Positions 1 through 8,497 are shown, counted from the stretch's first letter. The stretch is 52,454 nucleotides of DNA from Pseudomonadota bacterium (GCA_037142195.1 JBAXBA010000016.1:1-52454); one strand, 5' to 3'. Translations and numbers: made by a program. Notes: generated from the sequence alone by a model not told the origin.

Positions 1-72
1 CTCTGAGTACCGATCGGCAGCAAGAACTGCCAAAGTTGCGTAGCTTCTAGCAACAGAATATCATGGGGTTAC

Positions 73-114
73 GTCGAGCCCTTAACCGAATGCGATCAGG
101 TCTTAACCGAATGC
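73..114. repeat. 21-nt imperfect tandem duplication with perfect 13-nt core CTTAACCGAATGC
   Basis: CTTAACCGAATGC at 81-93 and 102-114. Confidence 0.85.
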
Positions 115-308
115 CATTGGATGTATTACACCCCCATTGCAGCTTAAATTGGAATTATAGGAGGCACACGAGCTTTGTTTGAAAGGCGCACGAATTTTCG
201 TTCCGTGGACAACTGTTGATTGAGTAGTTCCCAGGCGGCCGATTCAAGTTGATTACAGCCAGTTCGTCCACGGCAAACCCGACAGCTCAGTAATTTCCTC
301 ACTAAGAG

Positions 309-578
309 TTAACCAGCCACATTTTTACGTCGATCTCCAGACAACTTTTCGCGCTTGATGTGCTGCAATCTTTCGTCGATCCACATTTTTATGACAGCCT
401 GTCGTGGGATTTGCAGGCGAGCTGATTCTGCATCCAGCTCCTTCACCATCCATAGTGGAAAATCAACATTCACTTTCTTAATTACACTATCCCAATCGAG
501 GAATTCATCGACATCTTCACCAGCATCAAATTTTTTATCAAACTCCTCGGCTTCGATTCTCTTTTTAATTTTGCTCAT
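309..578 (-). CDS. brnA: BrnA/CopG-like ribbon-helix-helix antitoxin
   Basis: AEEFDKKFDAGEDVDEFLDW and KVNVDFPLWM...RQAVIKMWIDERL motifs; overlaps the upstream BrnT gene; AAGGAG SD before ATG at 578. Confidence 0.85.
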   Translation of the reverse strand: MSKIKKRIEAEEFDKKFDAGEDVDEFLDWDSVIKKVNVDFPLWMVKELDAESARLQIPRQAVIKMWIDERLQHIKREKLSGDRRKNVAG

Positions 579-828
579 AAAATGCAATCTCCTTTAGATG
601 GGCGCGGCGCACACTTATGATACGAGTCCTTTTACCGCGAAGCGTAAAAATTGCGGTATGTATCTGGCCATTTAGAATTCCTACTTTTGCCCAACGCGAT
701 TCCGTTTCACAAAAAACAGGGACTTCAATCGAATCAATGTCATCCCATAAGCGAGAAGCATCATTGAAATCCAAGCCGCGTTCCTGCTTTGTCTTTCTGC
801 TCTTCTCTTCATCCCACTCAAACAACAT
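565..828 (-). CDS. brnT: BrnT family ribonuclease toxin (DUF497)
   Basis: N-terminal FEWDEEK..K...RGLDF and C-terminal RIISVRRA signatures; toxin-first order. Confidence 0.92.
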   Translation of the reverse strand: MLFEWDEEKSRKTKQERGLDFNDASRLWDDIDSIEVPVFCETESRWAKVGILNGQIHTAIFTLRGKRTRIISVRRAHLKEIAFYEQN

Positions 829-858
829 AGAACACCCCTACAATACCCAGCATATACT

Positions 859-885
859 CTATCGGTATATTTTAATAGATAATTA
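859..885 (-). promoter_or_regulatory. putative sigma-28-type promoter of brnTA
   Basis: TAAT-N15-ACCGATAG versus consensus TAAA-N15-GCCGATAA, 30 nt upstream of the start codon. Confidence 0.45.
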
Positions 886-1307
886 GCAAAATCATCAAGT
901 TCGGAACATTAGCGAATATGAAGGCAAAAGGGCACTGACAATGCTATCCTAGCGATAAAGTCAGTAGTTGCTACAATTTACCCGCGCAGCAGTTCAGACT
1001 ATTTAAGTAAATCTTCCTTTAAAATTCGACTATTCGAGCCTATATAGTCCGCAATCGTTGCACGGTGTACATCGGATCAGGCGTAAACCCCCAGTTTTTC
1101 TTGGATTTCATCGGTTGCCAGACCGATTCCCGTCGATTTTTTCAACCGAACCAGGCTCGTTTCCCCCACATGAAGGGTTCGACTACTATAGCGGTCACCT
1201 CCACCAAAAAGACAAGTATTCGAACCCCGATTTTTAAAAAAAGTTGGGGTTTCCACCTTTTGGCCTTTCCCGGGGGCCGGGAACTGAGACGTTGCGACGG
1301 GCAAGAC

Positions 1308-1330
1308 ATTAAATTGCTATAACACTGAAA
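1308..1330. repeat. imperfect direct repeat, copy 1
   Basis: ATTAAATTGCTATAACACTGAAA; 20/23 identical to 2192-2214. Confidence 0.6.
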
Positions 1331-1385
1331 ATGCGTTTAGTAATTTTCAAAATGCTTTGAGTTGTTGCACTGAGACGAACCAGGA

Positions 1386-1659
1386 CTAAAGATCCTCGTT
1401 TCCTTTTTCTTTGTATGCAGAGTCATGATCCACATGGCTTGAAATACACCGCATATATTTCTCATCACGGCAGACCCGTATCCTAATTTTTCCCGACGCC
1501 CGAATTGTCGCAACTCGTTTTCCGCTGGCGGTACGTTGGTCTATAGGCTCATATTTTATACCGCGTTTTTGACCAGGGGTATCCAGTGTCAACAAGTACA
1601 TTGTGATGCTGTGTGGTGCCAGCAACGGGCCTCTGTAAAGGCTTCTTACTTTTTGTCAC
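1386..1659 (-). pseudogene. frameshifted RelE-like toxin of a putative type II TA pair
   Basis: GTG at 1659 overlaps the antitoxin end and reads MTKSKKPLQRPVAGTTQHHNVLVDTGYP before a stop at 1549-1551; the toxin-like C-terminus (GIKYE...TIR....RIRV.RD..YMR.IS.H.DHDSAY) is in the +1 frame. Confidence 0.55.
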
Positions 1660-1948
1660 GGAGGCCCTTCAACTTAGCTCTGAGTACATTTACATCAGTG
1701 CCATTCAAGGGGTGGTTGGCACTGGCCCATCTGTCGAAGTCATCAAGTTCTTCCACGGATTCTTTGGTGTAGAAAGGTGCATGGTGGTCGGGGATGAACT
1801 TTCCTGGCGAGATAATCACTAAACCTTCGGTGGTTCTTTCAATTTGAACCTGGCGTCCCGCATACTCCTTGCCAATTGACACTTGGCCGTTATTACCTAC
1901 AGTTGCATACTTAACTTGGGCATCATACTTTTTGATAGCTTCAGACAT
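1646..1948 (-). CDS. AbrB/MazE-like putative antitoxin
   Basis: TVGNNGQVSIGKEYAGRQVQIE swapped-hairpin-like motif, acidic C-terminal helix, AAGGGGGG SD before ATG at 1948. Confidence 0.7.
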   Translation of the reverse strand: MSEAIKKYDAQVKYATVGNNGQVSIGKEYAGRQVQIERTTEGLVIISPGKFIPDHHAPFYTKESVEELDDFDRWASANHPLNGTDVNVLRAKLKGLRDKK

Positions 1949-1977
1949 TGAAACCCCCCTTATTCTCAAAATACTAC

Positions 1978-2004
1978 ATATTGAATTATGTGTAAATTCA
2001 ATAT
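1978..2004. promoter_or_regulatory. palindromic operator, probable TA autorepression site
   Basis: perfect 10-bp inverted repeat ATATTGAATT-N7-AATTCAATAT between promoter and antitoxin start. Confidence 0.65.
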
Positions 2005-2014
2005 TTGAATATTC

Positions 2015-2041
2015 CTACCGGTAAATTGTCAAAAATCTTTA
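2015..2041 (-). promoter_or_regulatory. putative sigma-28-type promoter of the second TA operon
   Basis: TAAA-N15-ACCGGTAG (G replaces the conserved A of the -10); an overlapping TTGACA lies at 2027-2032. Confidence 0.45.
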
Positions 2042-2191
2042 GTTCTTTCCATATTGGATGAAACTATGTGCCTTCTAAAAATCCACCTAATCGCGTCGTG
2101 TGGTAAAGCCTTACCCTATAATATTATTGGGTTTTCACATCTGGAAGCCAGTGAATCCAACCTGCTGAGATCACGCGGGACACTTTAAAAG

Positions 2192-2214
2192 ATTAAATTG
2201 CTTTAATAATGAAA
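2192..2214. repeat. imperfect direct repeat, copy 2
   Basis: ATTAAATTGCTTTAATAATGAAA; 20/23 identical to 1308-1330. Confidence 0.6.
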
Positions 2215-2572
2215 TACTGAAAATACTTTACTAGAGGATGTGAATGGTTTGGCTTGAGAAGCGGCACCAATTCCAGCCATTTCCCCAAAGTTTTGTTGAG
2301 TTTTCTGCATGTTATGAGGTGTATATTTGACAACAGGGGAATCCCTTCGGTAAATGCGTTGATTTAGTGAGCAGACCCTTGGGATGAGCAACCTTTACCT
2401 GCGTGCCAGAGATTTTGTATTTGAAAAACAACTTTATATTCCTTTGGCTCCGTTACGGAGTAAACTTCAAAGTACGCCTACCCGCAAGGAACGTCACCAG
2501 GCCTCAGCGGAAGGTCTTAGGAGTTGGCTTTTTATTCAGCACCGGCGATAGGTGAAGAGTTACATGAAAAGG

Positions 2573-3044
2573 CTAGAGGGACGGCTGGATTAAATTTTCT
2601 CTAACTTCCAGCATCGTCCTCTAGATAAGGTGGCAGGTCTTAGGACCATTCGTGAAGATACTTCGGCAGGCCGATTTGCGAGGTGGGGAAGTCTTTCTTC
2701 CCAGGAAACGGTGGGTTGATTGAGGTTGCTTTTGCCTCATAATAGCCCTGTCGGCATCTCCCTTTCAAACTTTAACGGAATCCCTAAAAAAGCAATTATA
2801 GATCATATTATCATTCAGTTACAGCTACGGCCGAACGGAGGCTTTTGAGGCGCATGGAAAATTAAAGAGAGACTTTCCTGGAAAAAAGATCCGCTTTGAG
2901 GGACTCCTAGCTTCTTTCCAGGGAGAAGAGACCATTGAAAGGATTAGGGCCCATTCCTATTCCTAGCAGCTGGCGCTCCATTCATTTGGGTAACTTATGA
3001 GGCTCATTAAGAAATCACTAAGGTAATAGTCTTCTATGGTCTTT
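2573..3044. other. hairpin-dense non-coding region, candidate structured RNA
   Basis: long stems at 2573-2624, 2670-2755 (multibranch), 2874-2925 and 2927-3044; no ORF of 60 aa or more. Confidence 0.4.
2748..2774 (-). promoter_or_regulatory. near-consensus sigma-28 promoter with no intact downstream gene
   Basis: TAAAGTTT-N11-GCCGACAG. Confidence 0.65.
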
Positions 3045-3159
3045 CTTTAAGATTTTCACGCAACGCTGGATAGTTGCCCTTAACTGCCTCATTTTAGAGC
3101 GACAATTAGACTTGCTCGCTCTGGGGGTGAACGCTACTATCCCAAGTTACATCATTAGG

Positions 3160-4440
3160 ATGAAAAAATTGAAAAGACGTTTCTATAGTCGCTATGTCAC
3201 TTGGATCGCTTTGCGACAAGTATTTTCTAAACGCAGAAAAGCGGGTATATCGTTTTTAACGACAGCTTCCGTACTTGGCACTATGATTGGCGTTGCGGCC
3301 CTCATTATCGTGCTTTCCGTCATGGCTGGATTTGAAAAGGACCTAAAAAGTCGCATTTTCAAGGGGCTTCCCCACGTTGAGTTTTTGAGTGAAAACGCCC
3401 TAGCTGGATTTTCACTTGATAAGCACCCCTTAAGCAGTTTCAAGGATATCGTCAAAACCGCCATCTATGTGGAACCTTTTACCCGGTCCGATTTAGTCTT
3501 TAAGCAAGGCCAGCGCCTGGCTTCTGTGACCCTTTTTGGTATCGATCCCACTTTAGGTGGTAAGCCTTGGGGATTCTCAGATGCCATTATTACAGGCAGC
3601 ATCGAATCTTTAAATAACGGAAACTCAGAGTACCCTGGAGTTATTTTAGGCGAAGCCCTTGCCTTGCAGCTCGGAGTCGAAGTCGGTGATCGACTTACAG
3701 CCATTTCTCCACAAATGAATATTGGTGATGCTTTAGCTGGCCATCGGTTTACCCAAACCTATGAAGTAGTCGCAACATTTAAAACGGATATTCCTAATTA
3801 TGATTCTAAATATGCCGCCACTACCTTAAGTTCTGGGCGTAAATTTATGGAAGAATACGAAGAATCTCTCGACCAAGAAAATTATGTTTCTGGAGTCGCA
3901 ACTTCCTTTAGCGATCCCGAGCACATGGAAAAAGATCTTCATATAAGTCTCGTACCGTCTGATCTTAAGACGGTCACCTGGAAAGACGTAAATAAATCTT
4001 TAATTGTCGCGTTAAAACTCGAAAAATTTGCAATGGGAGCAGTATTGTTTCTGATTGTTTTGGTAGCAGCTTTTTCCGTTTCAGGAACGATTATGATGAC
4101 GGTCTACTACAAACGTAATCAAGTTTCCCTCCTTCGCGCACTGGGAATGCGGCGCTCCGATATAATGCAATTATTTATGACGCATGGTCTCATTATTAGC
4201 GGATTGGGAGTTTTTCTGGGATTCGCATTGGGACTCTCCGCCTGTTTCCTGATACAAAATAGTGAGCTTTTAAAACTACCCCAGGGAGTTTATCTTATTA
4301 AAAAATTGCCTGTCCGGTTTTTAGATGTTGAATATGTGATCATAGGTTTTGGAGCTTTTTTCCTTTCCTTAATCGCATCTGTCTATCCAGCCTACAAAGC
4401 TGCACAACAAGATCCAGGTCTTGGATTGAGGTACTCCTAA
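3160..4440 (+). CDS. lolC: lipoprotein-releasing ABC transporter permease LolC/E
   Basis: GVAALIIVLSVMAGF..DL, MacB/FtsX architecture, C-terminal YPAYKAA; adjacent to lolD. Confidence 0.9.
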   Translation: MKKLKRRFYSRYVTWIALRQVFSKRRKAGISFLTTASVLGTMIGVAALIIVLSVMAGFEKDLKSRIFKGLPHVEFLSENALAGFSLDKHPLSSFKDIVKTAIYVEPFTRSDLVFKQGQRLASVTLFGIDPTLGGKPWGFSDAIITGSIESLNNGNSEYPGVILGEALALQLGVEVGDRLTAISPQMNIGDALAGHRFTQTYEVVATFKTDIPNYDSKYAATTLSSGRKFMEEYEESLDQENYVSGVATSFSDPEHMEKDLHISLVPSDLKTVTWKDVNKSLIVALKLEKFAMGAVLFLIVLVAAFSVSGTIMMTVYYKRNQVSLLRALGMRRSDIMQLFMTHGLIISGLGVFLGFALGLSACFLIQNSELLKLPQGVYLIKKLPVRFLDVEYVIIGFGAFFLSLIASVYPAYKAAQQDPGLGLRYS

Positions 4441-4442
4441 AT

Positions 4443-5129
4443 ATGGAAACGCTGATTACCCTTAAATCAATATACAAAACATATAAACTTGACTCCCAAG
4501 AAGTGGATGCGCTGAGAGGGATTGATTTGTCGATTCCTAAAGGAGTTATTTGCTCTATTACAGGCCCTTCTGGATCTGGTAAAAGCACACTCCTTCATAT
4601 CATCGGCACTTTAGACCGTCCCACCAGTGGCGTAATTTCGATCAATTCTACGAATGTCGCAACGCTTTCAGATCAGATGCTTTCTGTCTTTCGTAACTGT
4701 ACGATTGGCTTTGTATTTCAAATGAACAATCTTCTGCCCGAGTTTTCGGCCCTAGAGAATGTAATGCTTCCAGGTATTATTGCCGGATCACAGGACGAGG
4801 CGGTTAGAGAGCGAGCCAACTTTCTTTTAAAGTCGGTAGGCCTTGGTCATAGAGCTTCTCACCGCCCTGGAGAGCTCTCCGGGGGAGAACAACAGAGAGT
4901 CGCTATTGCTAGAGCCTTGTTGATGGCTCCGCCCATTCTTCTAGCCGATGAGCCTACGGGCAATTTAGATAAGAAAACATCAGCCAGCATAGAAGAGCTG
5001 CTGATGAATCTTTGTCACGAAAATGGAGTTACTATGCTCATGGTTACCCATGACCCAAGTTTAGCGTCAAGACTTCCCAATGCAATTTGTATGGAAGATG
5101 GAAAAATAATATCAACGAGTTTAATATGA
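4443..5129 (+). CDS. lolD: lipoprotein-releasing ABC transporter ATPase
   Basis: [39 protein letters not shown]. Confidence 0.92.
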   Translation: METLITLKSIYKTYKLDSQEVDALRGIDLSIPKGVICSITGPSGSGKSTLLHIIGTLDRPTSGVISINSTNVATLSDQMLSVFRNCTIGFVFQMNNLLPEFSALENVMLPGIIAGSQDEAVRERANFLLKSVGLGHRASHRPGELSGGEQQRVAIARALLMAPPILLADEPTGNLDKKTSASIEELLMNLCHENGVTMLMVTHDPSLASRLPNAICMEDGKIISTSLI

Positions 5130-7450
5130 ATCAAAAATCAAAACGCATTTTGACAGCATGGTTGTTTCCGGCAATGATGCTTATGGTAAGTTCTGCTCAA
5201 GGCGCCGGTACTGTTTCTGACATTAAGATTACCGGAAATAAGAAAGTAGAAGCCGATGCGATTTTAAACGCAATAAAACTCCGAAAGGGCGATTCTTGGA
5301 CAGAAGAATCCATAGCTTCTGAAATCAGAACTCTTTTTGGCTTAGGTTATTTTTCAGATTTAAGAATTTCAAAAGAAGACTCTTCTGCGGGTTCCGTCAT
5401 AATCATTTCCGTCGTTGAAAAGCCTTCGATTGTAGCCATAAAATATGAAGGCTTAAAAGAATTCACAGAAGATGAATTTAAAGACAAAATCTCCACAAAA
5501 CCTTTTACGATTGTTGACGAAGCCAAGCTCACTAAAGATACGGCAGCCATTGAAAAAACTTATTCCGATAAGGGATTCTATCTAGCCGCTGCAAAAACTG
5601 AGCTACGTAAAGTTGGCGAATCTGAAGTGGACTTGGTATTCATTATCGACGAAAGCGCTAAGGTTTTGGTAGGCGATGTACAGATCATAGGGAATAAATA
5701 TTTTTCCGATGAAGAGCTTGCAGAGAAAATGTCGACAAGACCTGTCACACGTTCAACCATGATTTCATCATCATCTTTTTACCAAGATGATTTTGTTAAA
5801 CGCGACTTAGAGTTTCTATCTTTTTGGTATCAGGATTGGGGATTCGCTGAAGTCAAAGTAGGCAAACCAGTTTCCATTATGGATTCAGACCGAAAGCATG
5901 CGAGGATTACGTTTTCTCTGGAAGAAGGAATTCAGTATTCTGTCGCTGACATTAAGTTTAGTGGAGACCTACTATTCCCCGAAGATGAACTCATAAAAGA
6001 GCTCACGCTGAAATCCGGCGGCTTATTTAGACTTTCTAGGCTACAAAAAGACATTGATCACCTTATTGATAAATACGGAGATCTTGGCTATGCCTTTGTC
6101 GATGTAAATCCTAAGACGTCATTCAATAAAAAAGACAAAACAGTTTCCTTAGATTTCAGCATTGAAAAAGGCAAAAAAGTCTACTTTGGGAATATTGACA
6201 TCGTAGGCAACGATAAAACTCGAAACAATGTCGTCCGTCGTGAACTCAAAGTTGCCGATTCAGAGCTTTATTCTGGTACCGGAATGCGAGAGTCTAAAGA
6301 AAACATCAATCGACTGGGGTTCTTTGAAAGCGTGCAAGTTCTTAAAGAGCGAGACGAAAAAAATGATGAAGTTCTCGACTTAAAAGTACGCCTTAAAGAA
6401 AAACCAACGGGGCAGCTACAAGCGGCTGTGGGATATTCACCCGCAGGAGATTCTTCTGCTAAGTGGTTCGGACAAGGAAGATTTGATGAAAGAAATCTTT
6501 CAGGTAAGGGCTGGGGTACTAACTTTACTGGAAAATGGAGCGGTCCGAAGTCTTATCAAGCTGACACGGAATTTACTAACCCGCGCATCAATGACAGCCA
6601 GTGGTCACTAGGCTTAAATCTAGGATATGAGCAACAGGAGACCAATCCACTTGTCGGAGTAACTGCCCAGGAAAAAAGAATTTCTTCAGGCGTAACTATC
6701 GGTCGAGACATCTTTGAAGAAGTTCGTGGCTCCGTGTCTTACAATTGGCGGCAAGTTAAAGTTTTAAATAGCGAGGATCTCGGTTTAATTGAAAAATTTA
6801 GGAGCGATGGGCTAAGACGCTCTGTGACATTCCGACTCTTTAGAAATAAACTTGATAATTACTTAGACCCCACTTCTGGTGTTTCAACGTCACTATCCCA
6901 TAAATTGGTAGGTGGTCCCCTTTTAAAAGGCGACTTTGAATATATGGAAACGGTATTTACCAATACCTTTTACTATCCCATTGAGTTTACGGACACGTTT
7001 AAAACGAATTTCAGACTCAACTTTCAGCTCGCAAAGTTATGGCCGTGGATGGGTAATTCCATACCCTACGCCGATCGCTATCGGTTAGGCGGTGTTAATA
7101 ATATCAGAGGATTTGATTATGGTATGATTTCTCCCTTGTTTAAAATTATGAGATCGCCATTTGCTCCCCCGGAAGACTTCCGAAAAGGCGGCGACCGGGA
7201 GATGTTTGCCCAGTTAGAATACTTTATTCCTCTTATCCCTGAGGCTGGGATAAAGTCCCTTCTTTTTGCCGATGCTGGTCGAGTTTATGACGACGAAGAG
7301 AAGCTGAGCTTTGATGGTTTGAGCAAAGATATCGGGATTGGTTTTAGATGGATCACACCTATCGCACCTTTTAGGTTTGAATGGGCGTGGCCCATTAATG
7401 AAGACGGAAAAATTGGAAATATGAAGCTAATCTTTAACATCGGTTATTAA
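5126..7450 (+). CDS. bamA: outer membrane protein assembly factor BamA
   Basis: signal peptide, POTRA repeats, LGGVNNIRGF motif, C-terminal FNIGY. Confidence 0.97.
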   Translation: MNQKSKRILTAWLFPAMMLMVSSAQGAGTVSDIKITGNKKVEADAILNAIKLRKGDSWTEESIASEIRTLFGLGYFSDLRISKEDSSAGSVIIISVVEKPSIVAIKYEGLKEFTEDEFKDKISTKPFTIVDEAKLTKDTAAIEKTYSDKGFYLAAAKTELRKVGESEVDLVFIIDESAKVLVGDVQIIGNKYFSDEELAEKMSTRPVTRSTMISSSSFYQDDFVKRDLEFLSFWYQDWGFAEVKVGKPVSIMDSDRKHARITFSLEEGIQYSVADIKFSGDLLFPEDELIKELTLKSGGLFRLSRLQKDIDHLIDKYGDLGYAFVDVNPKTSFNKKDKTVSLDFSIEKGKKVYFGNIDIVGNDKTRNNVVRRELKVADSELYSGTGMRESKENINRLGFFESVQVLKERDEKNDEVLDLKVRLKEKPTGQLQAAVGYSPAGDSSAKWFGQGRFDERNLSGKGWGTNFTGKWSGPKSYQADTEFTNPRINDSQWSLGLNLGYEQQETNPLVGVTAQEKRISSGVTIGRDIFEEVRGSVSYNWRQVKVLNSEDLGLIEKFRSDGLRRSVTFRLFRNKLDNYLDPTSGVSTSLSHKLVGGPLLKGDFEYMETVFTNTFYYPIEFTDTFKTNFRLNFQLAKLWPWMGNSIPYADRYRLGGVNNIRGFDYGMISPLFKIMRSPFAPPEDFRKGGDREMFAQLEYFIPLIPEAGIKSLLFADAGRVYDDEEKLSFDGLSKDIGIGFRWITPIAPFRFEWAWPINEDGKIGNMKLIFNIGY

Positions 7451-7469
7451 TTTTTTGAAAGGATTTGAA

Positions 7470-7988
7470 ATGAGAATTTATGTTGCATTGTTTGCTGGTT
7501 TAGTAGGTTTCAGAGCTTTTGCTGCCGGCTATGGAGTCGTAGATATCCAAAAGGTTATCTTGACAGTCGATGAGGGTGTTCAAGCTCGAAAGGGCCTCGA
7601 AGTGGAAATCAAGAAGAAAGAGGCTGAGCTTCTTAATCGCAAAAAAGAATTAGATAAAATCATGGAAGATGTTCAAAAGCAGGGTTCTCTTTTGTCAGAA
7701 GAGGCAAAAATGAACAAGCAAAAAGACTTTCAAGAAAAGGCGATGAGCTTAAGAAATGATGAGATGAAATTTCAAAATGAAATGAAGTCAAAAGAAGGGC
7801 AAGCCACTCAAAAAATTGCCGTCAAAGTTGCGAAAATCACGGAAACTCTTGCTGTTGCCAAAGGCCTTGATATTGTCTTTGAAGCCAGCAATGCGGGTTT
7901 GGTATACGTAAAAGATCCCATTGATTTAACACCAGACGTCATTAAGGCCTTTGTGAGCGATGTTGGCAAAAAAGAAGCTAAGAAGTAG
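7470..7988 (+). CDS. skp: periplasmic chaperone Skp/OmpH
   Basis: signal peptide, GVVDIQKV, coiled coil, DLTPDVIK; position after bamA. Confidence 0.92.
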   Translation: MRIYVALFAGLVGFRAFAAGYGVVDIQKVILTVDEGVQARKGLEVEIKKKEAELLNRKKELDKIMEDVQKQGSLLSEEAKMNKQKDFQEKAMSLRNDEMKFQNEMKSKEGQATQKIAVKVAKITETLAVAKGLDIVFEASNAGLVYVKDPIDLTPDVIKAFVSDVGKKEAKK

Positions 7989-8037
7989 ACATTTGCGCCC
8001 TTTTTTAAGTGACCATGATTTATGAGGAGGAAGCGTT

Positions 8038-8490
8038 TTGAGCGATTCTGTACAAAGTTTAACCATGCCTTGGGGCATTAAAGAGATTGAACGAGCTTTA
8101 CCGCACCGCTATCCTTTTTTGCTGATTGATCGAGTATTAGAATTGGTTCCTAGGGAATCTGTATTAGCGATTAAAAATATCTCTGTAAGTGAGCCCGTCT
8201 TACAAGGACACTTTCCAGGATCCCCTATTTACCCAGGAGTGATGACTGTGGAAGGTCTCGCCCAAGCTGCAGGTATTTTAAGTTATGTCAGTCCCGAAAA
8301 AGGCATTTCCTCGATGCTGCTTACGGAAGTCCAAAATGCACGGTTTAGAAGACAAATCATTCCAGGTGATACCATCACCTATTCTGTACGCCTGATAAAA
8401 TCTAGAGGCAAGTTTTTTTGGTTTTCGGGCGAAGCGCGTGTCGGCAATGAAGTTGCCGTTGAGTGTGAACTTTCGGCTTTGGTAAATTGA
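8038..8490 (+). CDS. fabZ: 3-hydroxyacyl-ACP dehydratase
   Basis: LPHRYPFLLIDRV, GHFPG.PIYPGV..EG.AQ; TTG start with GAGGAGG SD. Confidence 0.96.
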   Translation: MSDSVQSLTMPWGIKEIERALPHRYPFLLIDRVLELVPRESVLAIKNISVSEPVLQGHFPGSPIYPGVMTVEGLAQAAGILSYVSPEKGISSMLLTEVQNARFRRQIIPGDTITYSVRLIKSRGKFFWFSGEARVGNEVAVECELSALVN

Positions 8491-8497
8491 GGAAACC

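Noticed and set aside
989..1050. Group I intron R/S-like words (GCAGTTCAGACTA ... TATATAGTCC)
   Set aside because: No convincing P3/P4/P6 pairings and no interrupted host gene; TAGTC pairs locally with GACTA at 1028.
1071..1200. Group II intron-like 3' end on the minus strand (GAACC...GGTTC ... CCTGATCCGAT)
   Set aside because: No catalytic-triad domain V hairpin, no GTGCG 5' end and no reverse transcriptase in the window.
1170..1230. tRNA T-loop-like GGTTCGA words on both strands
   Set aside because: No cloverleaf or complete T stem can be built.
2630..2740. c-di-GMP-I riboswitch-like words on the minus strand (GGCAAA, GAAA, CGCAAA, GGTCCTAAG)
   Set aside because: Order is suggestive but spacing and helices do not fit the GEMM-I consensus; an Infernal scan would settle it.
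1..3110. Integron cassette array (attC sites) or pdif modules
   Set aside because: No hairpin has correctly spaced RYYYAAC/GTTRRRY boxes; the dif-like stretch near 1971-1997 has the wrong spacer and is better explained as the TA operator.
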